From Vicugna vicugna (Eukaryota), in NCBI GenBank assembly GCA_013265495.1, contig MU057521.1, positions 372,001 through 436,000 of the forward strand: a DNA stretch of 64,000 nt, in the 5' to 3' direction. Made by a program: the position numbers and the translations under genes. Of the stretch, positions 40,078-52,622 are shown piece by piece (within the stretch, counting starts at the first letter, position 1; every line of letters begins with the position of its first letter). The notes beneath the pieces are model-generated. The model had not been told where the DNA came from and did no database searches. It saw nothing but the letters and a program-made list of their open reading frames with translations.

Positions 40078-40310
40078 GCCTCTCTTAGAAATCACATCTG
40101 TCAGGGGTGTATAGGCGAGTTCAACATGAGGACACCCTCAAGGTCAGAAGACCAGTTTTAAAGACCTGTAGCCAGAAAGGATGGTGGTAGCCGCGGAGGT
40201 GGAATTCGGCAGGTACGTGAACTGCTTTTTAACACTCCTTGGCTAACACAAATTACAGGGGTGTACTGAGTTCTCATACTAGTCATAATGGTTATGACTT
40301 ACAGAATTCA
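40078..40310. mobile_element. MER21-like LTR fragment
   Basis: acaccctcaaggtcag...ctcatactagtcataatggttatgacttacag. Similar to the start of the 59320 element. Confidence 0.4.
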
Positions 40311-41004
40311 GAAAGCCTAACCAAGCACAGCCTTCATTCCCTCACTTGACACACTTCTATGATCTCGTTTTAGGCTTTTCTTTAGAAGAGCACACTTACA
40401 GTAATTCCAAATCAGCAGGTAATCCACATGTAAAATAAAACTTCTAAATCTGAGATCTGAGATGATTTCTTTTCTAAAAGGGCAAAAAGGAAAACTCCAC
40501 AGTCCTGTCAGCCCTCTGTTAATGAGCACTGAATTCACAGCTCCAGGTTCTGTAAACCTCATTTAGATGTGTCAGCAAGAGCCAGAGCTGTACTAAAGGT
40601 CTGAACAGGAACAATAATTAAGAAGGCTCACTGCCAATTCCTTTTCATCTTTAACTGCTGCTTACAGTTCGTACACAACAAATACTAAAAGGTCATCAGA
40701 ACTCATTTTATAATGAGTGCATATTTATATTTCCAATTTTTTTTCCTTTATAACAAAGGTAGCGATAATGGGCTGAAACAAGAATTGGATTTGGCCATGG
40801 AGAGAAGTAGTAGTCCTGGATAGAAAATGAGCCTAAATGCAGACCATACAGCACAGCCCACTCTCTGAAAACCCCTTTAGAATCACCCTACAAGAGGCAG
40901 TTAATGCATCATTTAGATAAAATGCTCTCAATACCATAAATCAAGAGAGAATGTTTATATCCCACTTCCGTGATGGGTCTCCAGTGGTGGAAACTTGAAA
41001 AGGG

Positions 41005-41160
41005 ACTTATCCTCTCAGAGTCTTGGTTTTCTCATCTATGAAGTGGGGAGAACAACTTCTAGTAATCTTTGCCCGAGGATTTATCTCCTAGGATTACTAT
41101 GTGATCAAATGATTAACTCATGTTAAAGCGTTTTAAAGAGCTAGGCACTGCACTGAAGGA
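41005..41160 (+). mobile_element. MIR
   Basis: tcttggttttctcatctatgaagtgggga...gatcaaatgattaactcatgttaaagcg. Confidence 0.65.
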
Positions 41161-41519
41161 TAATATGTGTTATTCTTATTATTTAACCATTCTCAAGTTT
41201 TCACTTTCTTTCTCATTAAAAAAGGTGTTAAATATTCCACACTTGGGGATAAACTTCCCATTTTTCGGCAGAGCAGAGTATCTGGGCTGATTCATCCATG
41301 TCCCTCTTGTGATTAATGAGAAACATCTGAAGTTATTAACATGGAAAGAGTTACTAGTAACTAGTCACTGATAAGTGAGAGTCACTACTGAGTTACTAGT
41401 ACAGCTATTAACGACAAAACAGGAAAGCTGCATTGCTATAACCACCTCACCCAAGTCAGTGAATAGGTGGATAGCTTTTGTCTTTTTGGTAATCAAAATA
41501 GTCTTCTCTGAACCGAGTC

Positions 41520-42095
41520 CACTGTCCTCCAGCCATCTACCACCGCTCACCTGGGCACTGCTTCATCCTTCTGCTTTACCTGGCATTCCCCAGCCAGCGT
41601 CCAGAGGGGTGTTTTCAAAACCTCGAGCCCTGTGTCTCCCTCCACTCACAGTCCTCCAGCAATGCTCTTAGAAGCCCCGGGTCATCGTCCCTTGTGTCAC
41701 CTCATCTCCTTCAGTGCTCTTCCTCTTTCACTTGGCATCATACCGGAGATGTTGCTTTTCCTTGGATATGCTAAGCAAGCCTCAGCATGAGGGCCTTTGC
41801 TCTGCCTGTTCCTTCTTCCTGAAATACTCTTTCCTGATCTCAACGCAAGTGTCAGCCCCTCAGAGACGCCGATCACAACTGCATCTAAAGGAGCGTTTGC
41901 CACCTGCTGCTCCCCATCTGTGTACTGCCTTCAGAGAAATGATCAGAATCAGCAAATACTGTGTATACTTATTTATTTTCTTTCTCTCATCCTGGAAAGT
42001 ACGTCTCATGAGGGCAGGCACCTTGCCACATGTTCACTAGGGCTTAGGATTAGGACCAGCATGTGAATAGGCATGTTGTAACTATTTGTTGAAGG
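41520..42095 (+). mobile_element. L2 3' end
   Basis: gggcctttgctctgcctgttcc...catgagggcagg...atttgttgaa. Confidence 0.8.
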
Positions 42096-43391
42096 GGTTC
42101 TAGAATAAGAAGTAAATGGGAAATGTTTTTATTTTAACATTTTAACGTGGATGCCAATGTTAATAGAAAAATAAATGCCTCCTTGTACAAGGAACATCTG
42201 GGAAAAGATTAAGAGAGCTGAGTATTACAAAGTTATATTTCCGTGTTTTATATACAGATGTCTACATAAAAGAAATAGAACTGAGTGAAATACGAAAGAT
42301 TAAGTTAAATCATTCCTAATTTGAAGTTGGAATAAAATTCTAACTCTGCATACAACTGACTGCCACCACTACTGCCACGACTACGCAAAAAGAGCACCAG
42401 TAGCCGGTCCAGCACGTACAAATGCCGGCTCTTAGCACTGCGACATTGCTATTTCATCACCATCGTCATCATCACCAGTAGTAGTACTTCTACTCCTTCC
42501 AAACACTTACTACGTGGAAGGCATTCATTACAAGTTTTACAGAAAAATCCTAGGAGGTAAGTGTTTTACAGAAAGAAGGTAAGCGATTTTCTTTCTTTGG
42601 TCAGTAAGTGTCGGCACCTGGATTCACGTCTGGTTAATATTAAAGACAGTCCTCTCCACCGTGCTGATAAATTCCCTTGTGTGTAGAAAAGCACCAGCAG
42701 TGTGCTGTGGCGCTGTCTTTGATCTTCTCATAGTGTTAAATGGAGACCTGATTTTGACTCCCTGCACATGTATACAATGTAGATGAGTTATACATACAAG
42801 TTCTCTCATCATCTGTGAATAATGATGCCTGGAAAGTGGTCCTTTTCAGGCCACAAATAAAATGATGTCCCATGCTCCCAAAGGACAGTTTCAGTTCCCC
42901 AAATATAACGCTTCTAGGTTAAAAATAAGTTTTCATTTCATTTTGACAACGAAAATAATACTGAATGAAAGAAATGCCTCCCAATAATGTTCTTACTATA
43001 ATTACATTATTTTAGGAAGGAATTGCATGTTTCTCCTGACAGAGATGTGTGTTTACTTACTTTGTAGTGAAAATCTTAACAAAATATAAAATTCTGGCTT
43101 CAAAGAAAGGTGGTAAGGTTTCCCAAATGGCCCCTAAACGTGCCTTGTGGTTGTTTTATTTGGTCCTGGATACTTCTGAATTTTCTGCTTCCTCTTTCTC
43201 TATTAACATGCACATTTGGCTCACTCCTAATAAGATCCTGAGCCTTTGAAAGGCTAGCATCTGGCATAATGAGGACTCAAGGTGCATTTCAGTTACAGAG
43301 CCATATCGCCATTGATACATGCTCACAGCCACAGACTCACCATTGAAGTCAATCCTGGTGGAATTATCAAGAGTTTTACAGAATCTAGATT

Positions 43392-43725
43392 TTAAAAATC
43401 TGTTTCATTGAAGTATAACAAACACATGGAAGGTGCATGCATCATAAATGTACAGTTTGATGGATATTTCATAAGGTGAATATACCTGTGTAAAATTAGC
43501 ATCCAGATGAAGAAACAAAATTTTATCTGCATCCCTGATGCCACCCTTCTGCACCCTTCCAGTCTTCTCTACCCCTTAAGAGTAGCCAATTTTCTGACTT
43601 CTAACATCTTGGATTAGTTTTCGCCTGCTTTTGAACTTAATATATAATACCTATTTGTTTGTGTTGGGCTCTTGCTACTGTGTGTGTGTGAGATTAACCC
43701 ACACATTGTTGCAAAGAGTTGCAGT
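43392..43725 (-). mobile_element. L1ME/MC 3' end
   Basis: ttgaagtataaca...taaatgtacagtttgatg...ttctgacttctaaca...gattagttttcgcctgcttttgaactt. Confidence 0.85.
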
Positions 43726-43941
43726 TCAGAATGTTAGATTCTTAGATGCTTAAAAAATATAGAACAATTAAAAATGAGGATTCTACAAATGACACGTTTC
43801 ACTGTCATAAACTCAGTTGGTTATTTTCAGTCAAGAAAAATCTGTATCATTTTCCCTTTCCATTATAGATTAGCAACTTCTGCCCTTTCTGACCTAAAAC
43901 ATGAGGGGTTTTTATTCAATGTATGTCAATGTTTTTGACAC

Positions 43942-44274
43942 TGTGATCCCTCAAAATTCATATTTTGAAGTCCAAACCCCAGTGTGTTGGTATTAGGAGG
44001 TGGCCTTTGGGAGGTGCTTAGATCATGAGGGTGGAGCCCTCACAGATGAGATTAGTGCCCTTATGAAAGAGACTCTAGAGAGCCCCTTGCCCCACCCACC
44101 AGGTGAGGATGCGTCATGAAGGTGGCCCTCTGCAAACCATACACTAGCACCTGCCCATGCTAAAACCCTGATCTCAAACTTCCAGCTTCCAAAACTGTGA
44201 GAAATAAATTCCTGTTCTTTATATGCTGCCCAGTCTCTGGTATTCTTCTAGAGTAGCCCAAACTGGCTATGACA
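43942..44274 (+). mobile_element. MaLR solo LTR (MLT1A-like)
   Basis: aaaattcatattttgaagtcc...gatcatgagggtggagccctc...aactgtgagaaataaattcctgtt...gaca. Confidence 0.9.
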
Positions 44275-45517
44275 ATGGTAAAAGATGTATTGGGGCCTCT
44301 ATTCTTATCTTTTTCTCTTCTAGTGAACAGGTGACAAGAGAAAACATAGACCAAATACTGGCATTTGCTAGAGAGTCGCGTATGTTTCTCTATTTTCAAG
44401 GGTTGCTAAAAACGGAAATGCTTGCAATTTCCCCTTAAACGTCAATAATCTTCATGTCACAGATGGAAAGATTGTATTTTTCCTGTGCCTCATTGTAAGT
44501 CATTTGCTGATGTGTAAACCTAAAGTCCTTTGAGGGTATCAGAAATGCACATGATGCCCCTCAGTGACCCATTTCTACATACGGATCTCTGAGCTGAAAT
44601 GTACCAGGGTTTAGGGCAAGAGAAACACACTCAACGAGAGCGTGTTGTGGTGATTTCACAGCTGCAGATGCTCAAGAGCACAAATTATTCCAGCTAAGGC
44701 TGGCATTAATCTAATCTCAAAATCCTTGCTTCGGTTCAGCCTATTTACAAAAGCATCACAATTCCAAGATTTGCTTTTAGCCAATTTGCCCCACTTAGTG
44801 AAAAACCATGTCCCCTTTTGGGGGATCTGTTCCACCTGAAATTCAGAAGTCATGCTCATCTAAAGACCCTCATTTTAGAAGGTTCTAAGCTTATCTGCAG
44901 CTTTGCAAATATATGCATAGGATTTGGGCAGCTCTTTCAACTAGGCATAAGCTGTATTTTGGAAATAAATATAGAAGCCTTCACAAATGTTCACTGTCCC
45001 TTGAAACAAACAAGTGAAAAATGATTGTACTTTGAAGTCAAGTGATATTTTGATGTAGATTTTCACTCTGACTTATAAGAAACAGACAGACCTTGGCAAT
45101 ACAAAAGAGGCTGCATTTACATACTGCTTCCAGCAAATTCTTGAGAATGAAAAATCACCACAAGAATATAAAACACGCAGACCACAGACCTATCATAAGC
45201 ACTGCAATCAAACTGACCGTTCAGCAATCCATATAGAAGTAAAATATGCATAATGCATTCCAGAGAAAGATCTTTGGTCATGCCTCCAAACGGCCAAATG
45301 AACCAAACCGCTCGCCATTTTCCTTACACATTCCACTTTGATGTCTTTTCCAAAGCTTTTTTGCTCTAGCTAGTTTTTTTTTTTTTATACCCCTTTCTGG
45401 AGAAGTCCGTATCCTCCTCATAATTTAAGAACTACCTCATATTGCACATACTCCCTCTGAGCCTTAATAAATGATCACATTAGTTAACACACTCGTTTCG
45501 GTAATTGTAACAATAAT

Positions 45518-45859
45518 TGCTGTGGTCTGAATGTTTCTGATCCCTTAAAATTCATATGTTGAAATCCTAATGCTCAACGTGATGGTGGAGGTAGGGTCTT
45601 TGGGAGGTGCTTAGGTCATGAGGGTAGAACCTGCACAAATGGGATTAGTGTTCCTATAAAAGTGACCCCACAGAGCTCCCTAGCACCTTCTGCCATGTAA
45701 GGATACAACAGGTCAAACCTACAAGAGGGTCCCCACCCGACCGTGCTGGCATCCTGATCTCAGCCTTCAGCCTCCAGAACTATGAGAAATAGATTTCTGT
45801 TGTTTATCAGCTGCCCAGTCTGCAGACGTTTGTCAGAGCGGCCCGAACAGACTAAGACA
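45518..45859 (+). mobile_element. MaLR solo LTR (MLT1A-like), full length
   Basis: tgctgtggtctgaatgtt ... gactaagaca. Near-perfect 5-bp TSD ataat/ataac. Confidence 0.92.
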
Positions 45860-45904
45860 ATAACTAAAGCAACAGCGCTGACAACAGAAGCTTCCACGTT
45901 TTGA

Positions 45905-46100
45905 GCTTCTTGCATTTCCCAGCATTTCACATGTTGTTTGCAGTGATCTTCAGAATAACCTAAAACAAAGAGTTTATAGTCCTCATGTTGCAGGAAAGGA
46001 GAGTGAGGCCACAAAAGGTTAAATAACTGGCTTAGGTCACACAGATAATGCACAGAAAAATACAGGTCTGCCTGTTCCCCAAACCCATGTTCCCCTCAGG
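45905..46100 (-). mobile_element. MIR
   Basis: gaggccacaaaaggttaaataactggcttaggtcacacag. Confidence 0.7.
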
Positions 46101-47239
46101 GTGCTGCGCTGATGGTATACCGCTCGTTTCTGAATAAAGTTGCGAGGTCTCAAGCTGCTCCTGGGTCAGCCCTTCTCAACTTGGAAACATCAAGTAGATT
46201 TGCTCCCTTTAATCTTATTAAAGCTGTATCTTCTTTGAAAAATGAAATATTGCAAATCATATATGCTATCACTGCATTAACAAATAGTTTAATATTACAT
46301 CATAAGAGTATCATAGAAGCAGATGTTTCTTATTGTCCATCAGTTCTTAATCACACAGGGTATTATCTGATCAGTGTCTCAGTGCTCTGTATTCATTGCC
46401 TTCTTCACTTCCTCTCCTGCCCCTTCCAGTCACATGCTTCTTTGTGTGAACGTATGTGTGTAATCCTTTTCCACCCTGGCTTAACACCCAATAATTTTAA
46501 TTCTTCTGAGCTTTGCTTTCCATTGTGAAATACCTTACAGGCTTTTGCTATTTCTTTCTTCAGTCTCTCTTTACTGTGCTTTAATTTCCCCCACAAATAT
46601 ATTCTGCTCTTCTCATGCACATTTTTCTGTTCTCTTTTCTCTAGGAGAAAAGAAAGAGGCATTTCTCCTGCTGCTTCCACTGCTCTGGATGCCTCCAGTC
46701 TACCTTCACATACTCCTCTCTCCACCTGCAATTATTTGTGCTTGGCAATGGCTCGGCTGCAGCTGCCCAACATCAGGTTTCCTTGGGTGATCTCTTTTCC
46801 CAGTCCTTTTTCAATCCATTAGTTGACTTCAAGGAGCAACATTGAAAGCATTCCCTTGGAGTGTGCAGTGGTTCTGAGTTCACCTTTTAACCAATTCCCT
46901 AAACAATAAAATTTTCTATTCATTTTCTCTCCAGAAATCAAGTTATTTTACAGAGAAACAACTAGTTTTCTGGCAGAGGACTTCTTTGACCATTCTTTCC
47001 AAAACTGAAACAAACCCAGATTCCAATTTGTGTCCTAATTTCCTTACCCTAAAGATTATTACCCGCACAATGGCTCCCACAGTGTCCTTGAAATGTGTTG
47101 GTGAGTCATTTCGGAGGGTATAGCGTTTGGTCTTTAACTCCTTGCTACTGAATCATGTATCATGGAAAGTCATGCCAAATGACAGAATTCAAGTTAGCCA
47201 AACTTTAGGTCAGTCAAAGACAAAATGATTTTTTCCCCT

Positions 47240-48100
47240 GAATTGTTAGGAAATTACAAAGATGCTGATCGAAACACAAGGAGTTGAATAAGTTCATTTG
47301 CAATGCATTAACCATTAACCACCAATAAGCATAACTTAGTCTATTATGACATAAATAGTATTTCGAATGCAAAATTAGCTTGAATCTTCAGGAACTTGAA
47401 AAATAAAATTGTGATATGATAATACACAGAATTAAGGAGCAAACCTAATGAAATGAAAGAACAAGATTGACTTCGACTTTAGGCAGTAGATTATTCAAGT
47501 GTATGGTGTGAGAATAAACCACACAAAACAAGGTTAGAGAAAATAACAGTAAGTCTTATCATTTGGATCTTAGTTAGGTGCAAAGATTTGATTATTATAG
47601 ACAGATAGACCTTCCATGTTTCAGATGATTAAAAAGAATTTTGAGGCTCAATGAACAATGTGAATAACTCCACAAAAGGGAATATTATTTTGAATACAGT
47701 AAAGGATTCAATGAATTGTTCAATGATTTTTGACAAAGCATCATTTTTGATGATTAGTGGAGCATGAACTATGCATGAAAGAGAAAAAAAATTTTACCTA
47801 ATTCATCCAAAATATCATGTTCCTTAGACATTTATTGCTTCATATCACTTTAAAGCAAAGAAACTATTATTTGGAGAATGCTTGTGCTTGAAAAATTGCC
47901 ATTCAGCTTGTTAGAATGAGCACTGTTATTACTGAGAAAACAACTTTCCTGAAAATAGGTTCATACTGAGAAGAAAACGATGCAGAATTTTGAAACCGGT
48001 TGCTTCAACTGTAGACGTGTTAGTTGAGCAACAGTCTACAGTAGAGGGAAATTTTTTTGTCCATTTGGTAATTGTGAATTTTCTTAACAATGATGTAGTG
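47240..48100. mobile_element. Possible ancient DNA-transposon (hAT-like) internal fossil
   Basis: Decayed coding-like AT-rich text with an HLQCINH motif (~47295) reminiscent of hAT CxxH. No ORF. Confidence 0.25.
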
Positions 48101-48759
48101 ATCAACACTTCATTCTGAGCATAGCAAGTTTTTAATGCAGGGCTTCATACGGCTTGACTTTTCTCACCTGCACTGTATCACACTTGAGTCAACTGAATTG
48201 TGGCTGGGACAAAAGAAATCCGTCGGTTTCCTCAATTAATTTTGCACGTGCGTGGCTTCCCAATGAAAACTCGTGCTCTTTCAGCTTATCTAAATAAAGG
48301 CTAGTCAATACTGTACATTGTGCTCAACACTGCATGCTGAGAAAAATAAAATCTGTGAGTCTTAACAAATAAGAAAACCCTATCAGACAGTTGTCTGCTA
48401 GTTTCAAAGGAATGTTTTTAAGATATTCAAAATCTCCATGACATATTCTAAGAAATCTGATGGACCCATTCACTGTGTCAGCTGAACTGTGGCTCCCATC
48501 TTTGCTGCTGCAATTATGCTATCTACAAATTCTTCATTAAAAACTATATTTCAAAAATCCAAAGGTGTAGGACAAATTTAGAACTAAAACTATATATTCA
48601 CAGAACTGAGGAAGTTTCAATTTTTTAAACAAACATTAGGAGGATTTGCTAGAATAAGGCAACATTTTAAACACTTGGAAGGATGTAATTAATAATTTTA
48701 AATGTGATTAACCAAAACCTCCTGCATTTGTAAACATCAGATGCTGCTGTGGAAGTTAC

Positions 48760-48866
48760 CTGCTCCCTAACAGGAAAACTACTGTTATATTCATATCAAA
48801 GGGAAATGCTTTAAACACATTTTCTCAGTGAACTTACTTGAAATTCAACCTCATTGTCACTTTTTC
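48760..48866 (-). other. Candidate 29-nt exon, 71-nt intron and 7-nt microexon
   Basis: tgtatag|48866-48838|gtaagt, then ttttcctgttag|GGAGCAG|gtaact. The two exons total 36 nt (frame-preserving). Confidence 0.35.
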
Positions 48867-50149
48867 CTATACATTAAAAAACAAAACTAGCATACTGTCA
48901 ATGCTTAGAATCCCTTTACAAAAAAAGTATTTTGCAATAAAAGAAAAATATTTTGTTGTGATATAATTTATTGATATTATTCTCTTCCTATAAAAATAAC
49001 AATTCTACACAATCCACATTTCTCATTAATTTTATGAAGTAAACAAGTATTCCTAGAACCAGTTGGAGGGAAAAAAAAGGAAGTTTATCAAAAATATCTT
49101 TTTCCATGAACAGATAACCATTTTTTTTGTTTTTTTTTTAGAAAATTTGTCAAAAGTTGGTGCATTCTCTTTGTAATAAATTACATATGTAACACCCTGT
49201 TCAGTTGGTATTTATTTCGGTGTCCTTATCTTTAATTACATAGTATCATTGAATGATACCAGTGATCTTTTCTAATATGGTCTTATCTTTGTAAAACTCT
49301 AAAAGATTTCCAAATACAGTAACTATATCGTGTTCAAAAAATAACAATAATGTAGGTTGGTATAATCAAATACAGATTTTTATCACCTTCTCTCTTGAAA
49401 TCACAAATGAGAGAAACAGAAAACAACTTTTCTTAAGTGCCAAAGTTGATAAAATTGTTGCCTGAATTACATGAAATGTTTTAAAGCACTTAGCATAGTC
49501 CTGGAAATACAGTAAGCATTCAGGATACTATAGTTTCCTTAATTTCTCATCTCGATATGGGCGGAAATCGTATCCTCTTGTATGACCCTACATTCTAGTA
49601 CCTCATATGTGCATAACACACAAAATGTACTAAACAATATTTGTTGAGTCATTACCAAGCATCGAGCACTATCTACAGTTGTCAGGATATAGGCAGGAAA
49701 GAAAAATGATGTCTGCTTTTAATGAGCCTTCCACCTTGCTGTAATTTGAGTGTGGATACTACTCAATGATGCCATAAATCTAAAGGGTAAAATATTAATA
49801 GATCACATCAGCGTTGGAATCCAACCTCTATCTGTATTCAGGTTGTTAAAAAATGGATTAAAATAATACACACACAGATTAATCTCAGCCTGATTAATCA
49901 ATAAGACTGATTAGGAGGAAACTGGGGGAGATGAAATGTAGCTACCTAAGGAAACAGTGCAATAATAGGCGGCCCTGACAAAAGGCTTGTAACCTTATTA
50001 CAACTATTTAAAGTTAGTGGTCAGTACTGCACTGAAAATTATCCTTGGTTCTTTAGGATTTTTCATACAACTCTCAAAAGACTTTATTCAAATCAGAAAT
50101 ACATCTTTAAGGTGTTCACTCCTTGAATTCATCAAGTCTTAAAGATCAG

Positions 50150-50178
50150 TGTATTAGGGTTCTAGAGAGAAAAAGAAC

Positions 50179-50213
<35 letters not shown>

Positions 50214-50694
50214 ACGCGTGCGCGCGCGCGCAGAGAGAGAGAGAGAGAAAGAGAGAGAGACTTATTATAAGGAATTGGCTCATGGGATTGAGGAGGCTAA
50301 GAAGTTCCAAGATCTATAGTCAGCAAGCTGGATACCCACAAGAGCCAATGGTGTAGTTTCAGTACAAACTCTGGCAGGATCAAGAGCCAAGAAGAGCTGA
50401 TGCTTGAGTTTGAGTCTGAAGGCAGGAAATGAACCATTGTCCCAGCTGGAAGGAAGTGAGGCAGGAAGAGTTCCTACTTACTCCTGGGAAGGTCAGCCTT
50501 TGTGTTCTATTTAGCCCTTCAATTGACTGGATGAGGCCACCCACGTCAGGGAGAGCAGTTTGCTCTACTCAGTTTACTGATCCAAAGGTTAATGTCATCA
50601 AGAAATACCCGCCAGATACACTCAGAATAATCCATAGCCAGATGTTCAGCATTCCTTTGCCTTGTCAAGTTCATATATAAAATTAACGATTACA
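50150..50694 (-). mobile_element. ERVL solo LTR (MLT2-like)
   Basis: tgtattagggttct...aaggaattggctcatg...ttcaattgactggatgaggcc...aaaattaacgattaca. Confidence 0.92.
50182..50260. repeat. Compound microsatellite (GT)n-(CG)n-(AG)n
   Basis: About 15 GT units, then cacgcgtg(cg)5, then an AG run. Confidence 0.95.
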
Positions 50695-52571
50695 AATAAT
50701 GTTTTATTCTAGTTTTCAAGTCCTATTCTTCAGCTTTCCCTCTGTTGTCATACTCCTAGTAAGAAATCAGCTCATTGAATTTCAAGGATGGAGGCTCTAT
50801 AATTCCTTTTTTTTCTATTTGGGGTCTGAAGCTAATAGAGTTTTCACTGTTTCTAGTTGAATGCCTGGGAGACATTTCAGATGGGTTTTTAAATGTCATT
50901 TCTATTCTTTGAAATAATTTCATATGAAAGGTATTAAAATAATTGCTCTCAGTTATCAAACACTGGACTAAAATATGCTAATAATCCATTCATAAAAGCT
51001 GCCATGTTTCAACACATGTTTCACAATGAATGAGAAAAAGGTTGGGCAAGTTCTCAAGGAAGCTCTGGCAGTTGTCTGAAATGGTCCCCACCTAGCCCTA
51101 ATCCATTCATTTATACTTGGCCTTCACACACATCTGCTGAAGAGGTAGACTCCGCAGCAATTTATATTCCACATGAATATTTGTAATTTATTCTTTCCCC
51201 CTGCTTATACAATCATATCTGATCTGATTGAGTCAAGGAGATTTAATCAGTTGACTTGTCAGTGGCCAATCGTATTTTTTATTGATAATTTTAACTAAGA
51301 CTAAGAGTAGAAAGCTACAGTTCTTGAAAGATCTTAAAAATAGGAACTAAATGGGTTTTTTGTTTGTTCGTTTGTTCTTTATGATCAATAGCAAATGAAA
51401 GGTAATGTTCCCTCAGGAAGAAGCTAAACTTCTTATCTTGCTTGTAGGGCTCTCTAAGGTCTGTTCTCTGTCAGACAGGCCCCGGTAATCCCAGCCTACT
51501 GCTAGTACCCTTGCTATGTGCTGATCTAGCATATGTTCCCTATAGACATGTACAACTTCTTTAGTGAATTATTTAATGTTTTTATTCTTTCTTGTTCATG
51601 ACTTAATCCCCATCTAGCACCCAAGTGAGAGCAACAGTGATGGTCTACAAATATTTGGTAAATGGATGAGTGAGTGACTAAATAGCAAATAAATAACAGG
51701 TTGATTGCCGGATATGAAAAAATCAGAAATGATATACAATGTGGACCCATAAGCATTGGCCTTGATGCTTGAGTTTACTGATTCCCCTGGCACCAGTTTC
51801 TAAAAAGCCTAGTGCATTTTATCTGATTGAGATATTGTTCTGTACTCTTTTAAATCAAAATAAGACTTTTGCATGAGTGTGGGTGTGTTTCTATGCCTTA
51901 AACCCATACCCCATGTCCAAAATAGAAGGTCATCGGGAGGCAGAGTGGCCAATTATTACAGAGCCCTCATTTTTCCTCTCCAAGAAAAAAAAAAAACAGT
52001 TGGAAAGGACCAAAGGTCAGCCTTTCCTCTAGGAAAATCTGACATATGTCAAAGATAATTGAATTTTTTTCACTCTCAAAGAAAAGTATTATCTGGATAG
52101 TAAATTTTATACAAATAACCAAACAAAAAAGAAATGAACTTGTGAAAAGTAGTATCTTCTAGCTACACAGTTGCAAGGCAGCCATGGAACTCCTCAGTGA
52201 GAAGTCACTAGAATCATGACACAGTGAAGAATTATTTTAGAAGAATTTATACCAGAAATAGTTTCTTAGATGTAGATTGACCAAAAGTGGTCATTTATAT
52301 AGATAAACGTTCCCTCTTTTATTATGCAGTACATTTTTGTGGAGTAAGAGCTCATACATGGGAAAGGAGGAACACAGGCGTGACTGGGACAACAGTAGGT
52401 CGCAAATAAGGGAAAATCGGGTCAAACATCAGAATAATGCGAAGCAGCAGCAAAGAAAAAGAAAACCCTTCTATGCTCTGCTTCTACACATAGGCTTTTA
52501 AATGTGATGTAATCAGAGTGAAAATATCTCACACTATAACTTCCTGGAGGTGAATTAAAAATTCCCCAGGA

Positions 52572-52622
52572 GTCTACAGCCATACCTAACCTGAATGCAC
52601 CCGATCACATCTGATCTTGGAA
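52572..52622 (+). pseudogene. 5S rRNA retropseudogene, 3'-truncated (first ~50 nt)
   Basis: gtctacagccatacctaacctgaatgcacccgatcacatctgatcttggaa aligns with 5S GTCTACGGCCATACCACCCTGAACGCGCCCGATCTCGTCTGATCTCGGAA. Most differences are CpG decay. Flanked by a 15-bp TSD. Confidence 0.9.

Noticed and set aside
46112..46528. 138-aa ORF
   Set aside because: No recognisable protein features or splice context. Consistent with chance.
47113..47124. ggagggtatagc matching the SINE 5' end
   Set aside because: Only 12 bp, with no B box or tail.
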